Source of the DNA: Candidatus Geocrenenecus huangii
GTDB lineage: Archaea > Thermoproteota > Nitrososphaeria_A > Caldarchaeales > Wolframiiraptoraceae
Assembly: GCA_023254095.1 (NCBI GenBank)
Contig: JALNLM010000005.1
Coordinates: forward strand, 56,383-115,798
Reading direction: 5' to 3'
DNA: 59,416 nt
A program made the position numbers and the translations under genes. Shown piece by piece: positions 21,731 to 31,322 of this stretch. The notes beneath the pieces are model-generated. The model saw only the letters and a program-made list of their open reading frames with translations, had not been told where the DNA came from and did no database searches. Numbering within the stretch: position 1 is the first letter of the stretch; each line of letters begins with the position of its first letter.

Positions 21731-21820
21731 TTTTTAGATACATGTTTGCTGCCCATAAAACTCTTCTACTCTGCTAATCAAGCTTTAAATTAAAGTTAAC
21801 CATACTTGGTAGAGAGGTAT

Positions 21821-22216
21821 ATGAGCAAACCGGTAGATTTAGGTTCTTTGAAGATTGGACATAATGTAGTGATTGACGGAGAACCATGCAGGATCGTAGA
21901 ACTGGAGAAGTCGAAACCTGGAAAACATGGCTCTGCTAAAGTACGCTTAGTCGCTATAGGGATATTCGATGGAGTTAAGAGAACAATGGTTGGGCCAGCT
22001 GATACTAAAGTCGAAGTACCGATAATTGAGAAGAGGAACGGGCAAGTAGTATCAGTAACAGATACAGTAAGCTTGATGGATAATGAAACACTTGAGATTA
22101 TTGAGGTGCCGGTACCTCAGGATGAAACACTTAGATCGAAGCTTGAGCCTGGTACAACCGTAGAGTACTGGAGAGTTATGGGGAGATACATGATAACACA
22201 TGTTAGAGAAGGATAG
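21821..22216 (+). CDS. eif5a: Translation factor aIF5A/eIF5A
   Basis: Hypusine motif KSKPGKHGSAK. Confidence 0.97.
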   Translation: MSKPVDLGSLKIGHNVVIDGEPCRIVELEKSKPGKHGSAKVRLVAIGIFDGVKRTMVGPADTKVEVPIIEKRNGQVVSVTDTVSLMDNETLEIIEVPVPQDETLRSKLEPGTTVEYWRVMGRYMITHVREG

Positions 22217-22886
22217 CCTTTTCTTTCAATCTAGCCTTCTTTATTATGAAGAATCCCCTATCCATCTTCCACTCAATCTCATAATCTAAGATCTCTATCT
22301 TCTCCTTAAATATTGGGCTGTCTAGAACAATCGTCTCCATCTCCCCTCCCTCACCAGATATATTTACACCATATCTTCTACTTATCTCCTTCAATTCATC
22401 GATCTCTTCTTTTGAGAGGATCCTCCCAAGCCATTCTCTACCTAGGCCTAGAGCTGCGACCCCAGTAACAATGACTTGGAAGCCGGACTCAACTATATCT
22501 TCTAGCAGCTTGCTTGGATCCATTCCCCATAGAGGCGTATGCAGATCTAATCCATATTCTCTGCAGAGCTTCTCCACAGCATTCTTTTGAAAAGTGCTTG
22601 AAGATACTCCTAGAACGATCCCGTCTACTTCTCGAGAGATCTTCTCAATCAAGCTTCTAAGAATTTTTAACTCATCATCACCAGCTTTCATGGTAACGTG
22701 TTTCTTTCTCATGGCTTCCGCTTGAAGTTCTGTTAGCTTAATGTTTGGATAATGGAAGTATAGAGAATCGGGGGAACTAGGATAGACTGTTAAGAGAAGA
22801 TCAACTCTAAATCCTGTCTCTTCTACTTTATAGATAGCGTAGGTCGAGTCTTTACCACCACTAAATAACGCCGCCAGGCTCTTCAA
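22203..22886 (-). CDS. Diphthine--ammonia ligase (PP-loop ATPase, Dph6 family)
   Basis: LFSGGKDS, PLWG, GEGGEMET. Confidence 0.88.
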   Translation of the reverse strand: MKSLAALFSGGKDSTYAIYKVEETGFRVDLLLTVYPSSPDSLYFHYPNIKLTELQAEAMRKKHVTMKAGDDELKILRSLIEKISREVDGIVLGVSSSTFQKNAVEKLCREYGLDLHTPLWGMDPSKLLEDIVESGFQVIVTGVAALGLGREWLGRILSKEEIDELKEISRRYGVNISGEGGEMETIVLDSPIFKEKIEILDYEIEWKMDRGFFIIKKARLKEKAILL

Positions 22887-23557
22887 CTCATCTCCACCGG
22901 GAAGGCATCGATCCAAACATCCTGGATGTTTCTCCCCATTAATAGACTTTATTAGATAATATATTGTCAACCAAGTAATACGTCCCTCTTCTGTTGTTTA
23001 TGAATATGCCTATGTATTAAGGCTATGGCTGTGGCTACTTCCCCTCTATGATCTTAAGATCTATCTTGATGAAGACATCTTATACTTTCAAATTATAGAA
23101 CTGCTTTTAAGACTTCTTTTACTTGTTCATCTGTCAGCTTAACCTTTAAACAATTATCTACATATGTATCATCATCTTCTGTAATTCCAATATATTCTCA
23201 GGAGGATGATCTACCATATAAATACCATAGTGTTTCATGGCCTACTTTCTAATCTTATACCATCTATTACGTATCTACTTTATTCTTCTTGTAGGAGTTC
23301 TATGGATGCTTCAGAGTAAAGCTCTGCTAGAAATTCAAGACCTACCATCATAGTCTGCTACGTATTAGAGCTACGGGGCTGCTTAGACAGCTCTTAGAGT
23401 AGGTCCACTACCCTAACTTCTATTTTTAGTTTTAATCTAACATCGTTCAATATTGAATTTGTAAGCATCATAAGGTTTTTAATGCTTCCATTCAAAGTGA
23501 ATCCGGGCACTCCCCGAAGTGAAAAGAAAAAGATATTATAGATAATATGTAGCTTAC

Positions 23558-24379
23558 TTGTCTGGAGAAGCAATGGCTTCACGCTATTTTATAATCTATT
23601 CAGGGAAGAAGCCCACGGTAATAGAAAAAGTCAAAGAAATTGAAGAATTTATTAAGAGTAGAGGCTTCATAGTTGATTCGATCCAAATCGATGAAGTTAT
23701 GGAAAACGGTATTCCAGCAGACATAGAAGCATTAATTGTACTGGGTGGAGATGGAACATTGTTAAAGAGTATTAGTCGTCTACCTAGGTCAAGCATTCCT
23801 ATCTTAACTATAAACTATGGTAGAGGAGGATACCTGATGAATGTCGAGCCTGAAAATTCTATAGAAGCTGTTGAAAAAATCCTCGAAGGAAGATATCTTG
23901 TGGAGAAGACTCTAATGCTTTCATTTAAAGCAGAGGGTAGGAAAATAGGAAACGCACTCAATGAAGCATATATTTCTCCAGCCGTTCCAGGCAAGATAAT
24001 GGAGTTTACGATAATGAAGAAGGGCACGGTATTTTATTCAGGGATATGTGATGCTCTAATAATCTCTACTCCAATAGGGTCAACGGCCTATGCTTTCTCA
24101 GCAGGAGGGCCAGCAGTAGATAATACGTTAGAATCCGCAGTAATAGTCCCTGTCTGCCCACTGACAAATACTAGGCCAGTCGTACTAGCTATTGATGAGA
24201 AATTCATAGTCATGGCCCAGTCGAGATTCAACCTCCAAGTATTGATTGATGGCCACATACAATCCGTCTTCGGCGGAAATATTAAACTAGAAGTTGAGAA
24301 GTCTGAGGATCATGTCTTATTTATAAATTTTGAAGGATACATAAGCTTTGCAAGAAGAATTCAGAAAAGATTCAAGTAG
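23558..24379 (+). CDS. nadK: NAD(+) kinase
   Basis: LGGDGT, ALNE, STPIGSTAYAFSAGGP, IDG. Confidence 0.93.
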   Translation: MSGEAMASRYFIIYSGKKPTVIEKVKEIEEFIKSRGFIVDSIQIDEVMENGIPADIEALIVLGGDGTLLKSISRLPRSSIPILTINYGRGGYLMNVEPENSIEAVEKILEGRYLVEKTLMLSFKAEGRKIGNALNEAYISPAVPGKIMEFTIMKKGTVFYSGICDALIISTPIGSTAYAFSAGGPAVDNTLESAVIVPVCPLTNTRPVVLAIDEKFIVMAQSRFNLQVLIDGHIQSVFGGNIKLEVEKSEDHVLFINFEGYISFARRIQKRFK

Positions 24380-24477
24380 TAGCTTGATAGAAATTTCTCT
24401 CTCCACTGAAAGATAAATACATAAACAAGAACGATTATTCTATAAGCAGTGAGAAGATATAGCAGAGTGTGGAATAG

Positions 24478-25005
24478 GTGGGGAATTCTATAGTTAAAGA
24501 ACAGAAAGTCTACATTCTTGACGCTTCAGCTATCTTATTCGGTTTTACGTTGACAGAAGGGCATCAAGTAACATGTAGGGAGGTAATCGAGGAGGTCAGG
24601 TTTGGTGGAGCTGCACCTTATAGAGCTACACTGATCAAAGAGGAGGCTAGAGCTAAGATAGTTGAACCGAAAGAAAAATATGTCAAGATCGTGGAAAAGA
24701 AGATCAAAGAAGTAGGAGAGATAGGGTTATCGGAAGCAGACATAAAACTCTTAGCGATAGCTCTAGAATTCAAAGATAAAGGATATCAGCCAATAGTAGT
24801 CTCAGCAGATTACTCTGTTCAAAACCTCTCCTTAATCTTCAACATAAATATAGAGAAGATAATACATAGAGGGGTATCTGGGAAAATTAGATGGGTATCC
24901 TACTGTCCTAACTGCAAGTATGCCGGAGGAGTATTCAAGGGTGGTAAATGCCCCGTATGTGGGAGTAGATTGAAGAGACGTCCTGGTAGCCTATCGTTTA
25001 AGTAG
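24478..25005 (+). CDS. nob1: Nob1-family PIN endonuclease with Zn ribbon
   Basis: ILDASA, LSEADIKLLAIA, SADYSVQN, CPNC...CPVCG. Confidence 0.88.
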   Translation: MGNSIVKEQKVYILDASAILFGFTLTEGHQVTCREVIEEVRFGGAAPYRATLIKEEARAKIVEPKEKYVKIVEKKIKEVGEIGLSEADIKLLAIALEFKDKGYQPIVVSADYSVQNLSLIFNINIEKIIHRGVSGKIRWVSYCPNCKYAGGVFKGGKCPVCGSRLKRRPGSLSFK

Positions 25006-26022
25006 TTGTGCTGCTTTCTGAGCTATCGCAGCCGCCATCTCCGATGATTTAGCGTTACCCCTAAGGTCGTACGTCAATACTTTACCTTCGGCTATCACTT
25101 CTTCAACCGCTCTGAATATTGAGTTGGCTTCTTCTTTTTCTCCGAGATATTCAAGCATCCAAGCTGCGGAGAGGATCATTGCTGTTGGGTTTACCTTGTC
25201 TTGACCTTTGTATTTTGGAGCACTTCCATGCGCAGGCTCAAACATCGCATAATTGTCTCCGAAGTTTCCAGAGTATATCATTCCTATACTTGCGACTAGA
25301 CCTGAAGCTTCTTCACTTATTATGTCCATGAAGAGGTTTGTCCCAAGTATTACGTTATGGTTGAATCTATCAGGGTTCTTAACTAGCTGTTGAGCCATAT
25401 TATCTATGAAGTATTCTTCGTAGGTTATTCCTGGAAACTCTTTTGAAACCCTATCTACAGATTCGATAAATATTCCATCACACTCCCTCATGATATTCCT
25501 CTTTGTTACAACGATCACTTTATTCCACTCTCTCTCCTTAGCCATCGAGAAAGCCTTCCTAGCAACTCTCTCCGACTGCCTCCTAGTAATCTTTCTAACA
25601 GCTATGGCGACATCAGGTGCAAGCCTATGCTCTATCCCACTATACAATCCTTCTGTAGTTTCTCTAACACATATGAAGTCTAAGTCTCCATACATGCTTG
25701 GAAGACCTTTGTAAGTTTTGATGGGGCGAATGTTTGCATATAGATCGAACCTCTGCCTGATAGTTACGGCGACGCTTCTGGGAGCGCCTGGGTCAGGTGG
25801 AGTAGTACAAGGAGCTTTAAGAACAGCATTTACTTCTTCGAGGATCTTCCATGTTTCAGGTGGTATGAAAGATGATCCTCCATGTTGAAGCCACCATTCA
25901 TATCCTGCCTCGACAGGCAGGATTTCTACATCAGGGTTTACAGCTTCTAAAACCTTCAAAGCACATGCAGTCAACTCAGGACCTACACCATCTCCTTTAA
26001 TAATAGCTGCCTTCTTACCCAT
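24991..26022 (-). CDS. Isocitrate/isopropylmalate dehydrogenase family protein
   Basis: GDGVGPE, LYANIRP, RETTEGLY, FEPAHGSAP, NPTAMILS. Confidence 0.93.
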   Translation of the reverse strand: MGKKAAIIKGDGVGPELTACALKVLEAVNPDVEILPVEAGYEWWLQHGGSSFIPPETWKILEEVNAVLKAPCTTPPDPGAPRSVAVTIRQRFDLYANIRPIKTYKGLPSMYGDLDFICVRETTEGLYSGIEHRLAPDVAIAVRKITRRQSERVARKAFSMAKEREWNKVIVVTKRNIMRECDGIFIESVDRVSKEFPGITYEEYFIDNMAQQLVKNPDRFNHNVILGTNLFMDIISEEASGLVASIGMIYSGNFGDNYAMFEPAHGSAPKYKGQDKVNPTAMILSAAWMLEYLGEKEEANSIFRAVEEVIAEGKVLTYDLRGNAKSSEMAAAIAQKAAQLLKR

Positions 26023-26176
26023 ACCTCAACACTCACAAAAAACAAGGACGCACCTATTTAAAAGTTAACTTGTTCTCACGATCAAACACTCTCCTTTTTA
26101 TGGAGAGGTATAATTGCTGATTGAGTAATACAGCATAGTTTATATTTGGTTTTTAGATAAATATTCTAAGGGTCTT

Positions 26177-26701
26177 TTGAAGATTAAGATATTTTCCGAG
26201 TTAGATAATCAGGAGGCTTTAGAGACGGTTGCTAAATTATTAGTGGAAACGTATAACTTCGAAGTTGTTGTAGAGTATATTGGAAAAATCTTGGACCACA
26301 ACAGCTTCAATAACAAGAGAAAACAGTATGATGCATGGAAGCTCGTTGAGATATATGGCGAGAAACGTAGAATGAATGAATACCTATTACTTATAGTTGA
26401 AGGAGACATATATGCTTCAGGACTCAACTATATCTTTGGACTAGCATGGCAGGGTGTCGCTGTAGTTTCTACACATAGATTAAGACAGGAATTTTATGGG
26501 CAGTCACCAGACCGACAAATCTTTATCGAGAGATTGGTTAAGGAGGCGGTACATGAAGTCGGGCATTTAAATGGGTTAACCCACTGCAATGATAGAAGAT
26601 GCGTGATGGCCTTTAGTAACTGGATAGGTGATACAGATTACAAGTCTTGGACGCTATGCCAGAAGTGTAAGTCTAAGCTTGGGAAACTCCGAGCTCAGTA
26701 A
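26177..26701 (+). CDS. amzA: Archaemetzincin (M54 Zn protease)
   Basis: KEAVHEVGHLNGLTHC...CVMAFS...LCQKC. Confidence 0.92.
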   Translation: MKIKIFSELDNQEALETVAKLLVETYNFEVVVEYIGKILDHNSFNNKRKQYDAWKLVEIYGEKRRMNEYLLLIVEGDIYASGLNYIFGLAWQGVAVVSTHRLRQEFYGQSPDRQIFIERLVKEAVHEVGHLNGLTHCNDRRCVMAFSNWIGDTDYKSWTLCQKCKSKLGKLRAQ

Positions 26702-27168
26702 TCTAATCCTTCAGGAGGAGATTGACTAAAAGATTCATCGTCGAGATTATTTTTATCTTCGTTCTTTTTTTCTACGGATATTAAGGTAAACTTTTCGAGC
26801 ATCTTCTTTATAGAGCTTCTAGGTAGCACACCCGATTCTATCAGATTCACAATAGAGTTCGGAGATGCTTCACCAACTACTTTCCCGACAACCCCTTTAA
26901 TCTGCCTCCACTTCAAGTCAGTATTTCCACTTTTAGACTTGTAGATTACTCCGAGAACCTCGATGGCTTTAACAAATCGTATATCACGAATCCTCTCTAA
27001 ATCAGTTTTCGAAACAGCCTCAACATATATCAATCCCTGAGAAATATCTCTTTCCGGGAAAATACCCGGATCCTTGAGATACTCTGTGGGGATAAATGAC
27101 TTACAAGTATTCAGAATGATGAACTGTCTAAAACGTTCAAGAGTTGTTTTACACTCTATTTTAACCAT
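26695..27168 (-). CDS. Conserved-looking hypothetical protein divergent from the SMC operon
   Basis: 157-aa ORF with host-like codon use and a GGTGGA SD-like sequence upstream; no motif recognised. Confidence 0.7.
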   Translation of the reverse strand: MVKIECKTTLERFRQFIILNTCKSFIPTEYLKDPGIFPERDISQGLIYVEAVSKTDLERIRDIRFVKAIEVLGVIYKSKSGNTDLKWRQIKGVVGKVVGEASPNSIVNLIESGVLPRSSIKKMLEKFTLISVEKKNEDKNNLDDESFSQSPPEGLDY

Positions 27169-27405
27169 CTATTCTTCCACTTCCACCTAATATAGAGATG
27201 GCCAAGGCTTCTATTTTACCTTCCAACATGCTTATATATTGTGCTCTGAAGACAAAGTAGATTCGAGAAGAGTATCCAAGTATGAAGAAATCAATCTCTG
27301 AATATGTTTTCATAAGAAGCTGGAAGCGCATATTAATTTTAAAGTCTTACTTTTAGAGTTGTTTATATGGATGCTTAATAACTGGTTTTCTGAAGTAGGT
27401 TTAGA

Positions 27406-29148
27406 ATGAAGCAGACGAAGAGTACTGTTGAAGCTTTAGGAGAAGTAACAGCTAGAAGGACGTATATCCGTGAAGTGATATTAGAGAATTTCATGAGCCA
27501 TGAATATTCTAGGATACCTCTTAAGCCTGGAATAAACATCGTCACGGGACCGAACGGTGCAGGAAAATCTAGTATACTTTTAGGCATAGCAGTAGCTCTA
27601 GGACAAACATATACGGAGAGAAGCCAGAAGCTCAGCGACCTTATTAGGAGAGGAGAAGAGGCGGCAAGAGTATCCGTGGTCTTCGATAACAATGAAGTAG
27701 ATGGCTGGAAACCTATACCCTGGATAACTTCAGACCAGCTTGTGATAACTAGATACATAAAGAAGAACGGGGACTACTGGCATTATGTTAATAATAGATT
27801 TAAGACGAAGGCGGAAGTCGACCACCTCCTCCATCAGCTTGGAATAAACCCGAACAACATGCTGATAATAATGCATCAAAACATGATCGAGCAGTTCGCT
27901 GCTAAGAGCAATATCGAGAAGTTGAAGATGGTTGAAGACGCTGTAGGAGCATCACATTTCAGGAGAAGAATAATCGAGGCGGAAGAAAAACTTAGGAACG
28001 TGCAATCTGAGGCTCAAACTCTTAAGAGAGCTCTAGAAGAAGCTAGAGCAGCAGTAGAATATTGGAGAGAGGAATATGAGAAGCTTGTCAAGAAGAAGAT
28101 GATGGAGGAGCAGAAGAAGAAGCTAGAAACTGAACTGGCATGGTCTGAAGTCCAGGAAGTAGAAGAAGACATCAAGAGATTACAAGAAAAGGTTGAAGCG
28201 CTTAAACTTGAACAAGTGAAGCTTAGGGGAGAACTTGCGTACCGTACGGAAGAAGCCGAGAAATTGAAGAAAGAAGTGATAGAATTGTTCATGAATAAGA
28301 ATTCGGTGGAAGAGTTCGAGGAGAGACTTAACTTGATGATTGATGAGTATGCTCAGTCCGCGGTTACGAAATACAAGCTTGAACTAAGTGAAAACACGGT
28401 TAAGAAGCTTACCTCCGAGATCAGCAAACTTGAATTCTTGAGGAATGAGAAGACCGCGAAGGCTGTGAGCCTAGGAGATAGACCTAGATATGTAAGGAAG
28501 TCCTTAGAGATAGTTGAAGACATCAAGACCGTTACTCTGAAGATTGCCTCCCTAGGAGAGGTTTCCGAAGAAGCTGAAGACATGTATCTTGTAGCAGACG
28601 CAAAATATAGAGAGAGTGAGGTTAAAGCTCAGCAAGTAGAAGAAAACTTGAAGAAAGCATTAGAAGAAGTCGAGGTTAGGAAAGAAAATTGGAGAAACTT
28701 TCTGAGAAAGCTAATCGAAGATGTTGAGCCTCGATACAACTCTATACTCTCCTACGCTGATGGTGTGGGGAAAGTTGTCCTGAGAGGCTTAGAGGACCCC
28801 GAAAAAGCGAGCATAGAACTCTACGTAGGGTTCAGAGGAGCCGAGCCTACGTTACTCGATGCTCATACTCACAGCGGTGGAGAAAGAATAGTGGCTACAC
28901 TAGCGTTCCTCCTAGCTCTCCAGAACTATGTTAAGTCTCCGTTCAGAGCTGTCGATGAATTCGACGTCCACCTGGATCCATTGAATAGAGAGAGAATGGT
29001 TAAGCTAATGATAGCCTCCGCTAAAAACTCTCCTGACTCACAATATTTCATCATAACTCCTGGTAAGCTCCCCGTAGGTGATAACGTGAACATTCTCCTC
29101 GTGCAGAATATCAGTGGCCGCTCCGTGGTGGGGAGAGTAAGTGAGTAA
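27406..29148 (+). CDS. Short Smc5/6-like SMC ATPase (580 aa)
   Basis: LENFMSH, Walker A GPNGAGKS, Q-loop MHQN, coiled coils, HSGGER signature, SPFRAVDEFDVHLD Walker B/D-loop, SQYFIITP. Confidence 0.92.
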   Translation: MKQTKSTVEALGEVTARRTYIREVILENFMSHEYSRIPLKPGINIVTGPNGAGKSSILLGIAVALGQTYTERSQKLSDLIRRGEEAARVSVVFDNNEVDGWKPIPWITSDQLVITRYIKKNGDYWHYVNNRFKTKAEVDHLLHQLGINPNNMLIIMHQNMIEQFAAKSNIEKLKMVEDAVGASHFRRRIIEAEEKLRNVQSEAQTLKRALEEARAAVEYWREEYEKLVKKKMMEEQKKKLETELAWSEVQEVEEDIKRLQEKVEALKLEQVKLRGELAYRTEEAEKLKKEVIELFMNKNSVEEFEERLNLMIDEYAQSAVTKYKLELSENTVKKLTSEISKLEFLRNEKTAKAVSLGDRPRYVRKSLEIVEDIKTVTLKIASLGEVSEEAEDMYLVADAKYRESEVKAQQVEENLKKALEEVEVRKENWRNFLRKLIEDVEPRYNSILSYADGVGKVVLRGLEDPEKASIELYVGFRGAEPTLLDAHTHSGGERIVATLAFLLALQNYVKSPFRAVDEFDVHLDPLNRERMVKLMIASAKNSPDSQYFIITPGKLPVGDNVNILLVQNISGRSVVGRVSE

Positions 29149-29908
29149 CAAGTTAGTTAAAAAGTATAGTAGGGAAGAGATTGAGAGGATAATCTCCATA
29201 TGTGAGAATATTGAGAAGAGAGGTCTAGACCCCTTCAGTCTAGATGTTAAAGAGCTATTGGTTAAGCTTCGTAAAATGCTTGAAGAAAACCCTGATTTAG
29301 ACTACTATCTACTAGATGTTGAAACAATCTACAGAATTGCGACTATAATAGCTCTACAACATAAATGGCTAACGGAAAAAGCTAGATCCCTATTCATAGA
29401 TTCTCAGCTTATCTCTTCTAGGGTAACCGTACTTGATAAGAAGTCCATTGTTCAAGCATTCCTTAAAGCTTGGAGACCAATAATATCTATCGACCAGCTC
29501 ACGTCTCAGAGACTACATCATGGTTACGAACATTTCCTAAACCTCCCACCTAGAAGAGATGAAAGAAGATATGGTTGGAAGCTTACAGAGAAGGAAGCTG
29601 AGCTCGCCCAGATATACTTAGAGAAAGAGAGAGAAGAAGTAGAGGAGAAGATGAAGGTACTATATGATGAGCTAGTTGAGAAAGCCAGAGGAAAAAATGA
29701 TGTAGATTATTGGGATTTCGTCTTACGTCCTAGCCTGGAAGAAACATATCATAGAGCCTATGTTCTAAGTTTCTTAATCTCGGAGGGATACGTAGAAGTT
29801 AAGAAGAATCCTTTAGGGGATGAATTGAAGCTCGTACCTAATACTAGAAAGGTTTCGAGAAAGAATGCTGCATCTCTTGTTATAAGCTTAATGGGTAGAT
29901 GGAGATGA
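29141..29908 (+). CDS. Kleisin-like subunit (ScpA/Nse4-type)
   Basis: DPFSLDVKELL resembles the ScpA N-terminus; C-terminal wH (LSFLISEGYVEV); overlaps the SMC stop. Confidence 0.7.
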   Translation: MSNKLVKKYSREEIERIISICENIEKRGLDPFSLDVKELLVKLRKMLEENPDLDYYLLDVETIYRIATIIALQHKWLTEKARSLFIDSQLISSRVTVLDKKSIVQAFLKAWRPIISIDQLTSQRLHHGYEHFLNLPPRRDERRYGWKLTEKEAELAQIYLEKEREEVEEKMKVLYDELVEKARGKNDVDYWDFVLRPSLEETYHRAYVLSFLISEGYVEVKKNPLGDELKLVPNTRKVSRKNAASLVISLMGRWR

Positions 29909-30492
29909 ACAGTGAAGAAAGAATATCTAGAAAACTCATGATAGCTGCGACGATGCTCTTCTTCAAGAGTCATAGAAGCCCTGGTGTAAGAGGATGGGAA
30001 CTGAAGAATAGGCTCGGCAAGAACTATATGAAGGTTTTAGAGCTACTAAACCATAAATTGAATGAACTCGGATTACAGATAAAAACGGTTTTTGAAGATG
30101 AGTCAAGCCAAGACCTTGACAGAGCAAGATTCTACGTAACTCTTACGCATCCTCTAACTATGTCGGATCTAGTGACTTCCGATTATAGGATAGATGAAGT
30201 AGCGGCTCTAGCAGTCGCTTTATCCATAATCTATAGTAGAGGTGGGAAGGCATCGTTAAGAGATGTACTGGATGTTCTAGAAACAAAATTCCCAAAATGG
30301 AAAGCTGAAACATATATTGAGAGAGCTGTAAGAAGAGGATACATCAATAAAACTGAAGATGAAATATTAACAGTAGGCTGGAGAGCGAGAGTAGAACTTG
30401 ACCAGAAGGAACTCTTAAAAGCAATACTAGAAGCCCAGCCACCCCATGAAGACAAAGCTGAAAAAGATATTAAAGAAGATAAAGCTGAATAA
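29899..30492 (+). CDS. Tandem winged-helix KITE-like subunit (ScpB/Nse1-Nse3 type)
   Basis: Two wH-like halves; C-terminal RGYI...VGWRARVEL resembles the Nse1/Nse3 WH2 end; coupled to the kleisin gene. Confidence 0.65.
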   Translation: MEMNSEERISRKLMIAATMLFFKSHRSPGVRGWELKNRLGKNYMKVLELLNHKLNELGLQIKTVFEDESSQDLDRARFYVTLTHPLTMSDLVTSDYRIDEVAALAVALSIIYSRGGKASLRDVLDVLETKFPKWKAETYIERAVRRGYINKTEDEILTVGWRARVELDQKELLKAILEAQPPHEDKAEKDIKEDKAE

Positions 30493-30922
30493 CACAGAAA
30501 GGTAAACATATTCATAAAAATATATTCGACGTTCCGCCAAATTATTTATAGGGGAAATCATCTCCGAAAACTTTGATGCCCAGAACATTCATACGATACT
30601 GAGAAGACCATGATTACGGCTTACTAGACAATCATTATAAAAGCAGATGGAGGTAAACTTTAAAGCTTGATCCGGGATGGAAGAGACCTTTGACCTAAAT
30701 AGGAATATATGAAGACTCTCCAATGAAAAGTATATGGATACAGTATCCATACTAGAATGTTGGATGCATCAAGATTCTATCAACTCGTCGACTTCACCAT
30801 ACAACGAAAGTGAAGACGACTCGAAAACTATCTCGAGAAGCAGCGGCTATTAAAGAAATGACCCACCATGATCCCTCTTTTTCTTCAACCTGCTTAGACT
30901 CACCATAATGGATGTAATTATA

Positions 30923-30996
30923 CGCCGCCGGGTGGATTTGAACCACCGACCAACGGGTTAACAGCCCGCTGCTCTACCAGACTGAGCTACGGCGGC
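30923..30996 (-). tRNA. tRNA-Asn(GTT)
   Basis: Acceptor GCCGCCG/CGGCGGC, anticodon arm GCGGG-CTGTTAA-CCCGT, T-loop GGTTCAAATCC. Confidence 0.96.
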
Positions 30997-31322
30997 ATCA
31001 TGAAGCTATTTTATCTTCCCAGTCTATAAGAATTATTCGTTGGTGTATTTAATTTTTATCTAGTGGGATTCTTTGTCCAATATACGGGTGCTCTATCTTT
31101 CAAGCCTCTTCATATTCTCGGGATAATTTCCCTGTTTGTTTTCTCTGGAATTTTCTTTAAGAAGCTTTTTTGCATCATCGATTTAAGGTGTAGATTTGCG
31201 AACGTTATCTAGTGTATGTCTCTTCACGTATCGGCTTTCTCTATCTTGTTACCCTAAACGACGCCTTCTAAGTTATATTCTCGATTATGTTGTTTATGTA
31301 TGGTTTGCCGAAGAATAAAAGC

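Noticed and set aside
27406-30492. Wadjet/MksBEFG anti-plasmid system
   Set aside because: No JetD/MksG Toprim nuclease is adjacent, the gene order differs, the SMC is short with Smc5/6-like motifs, and the context is housekeeping.
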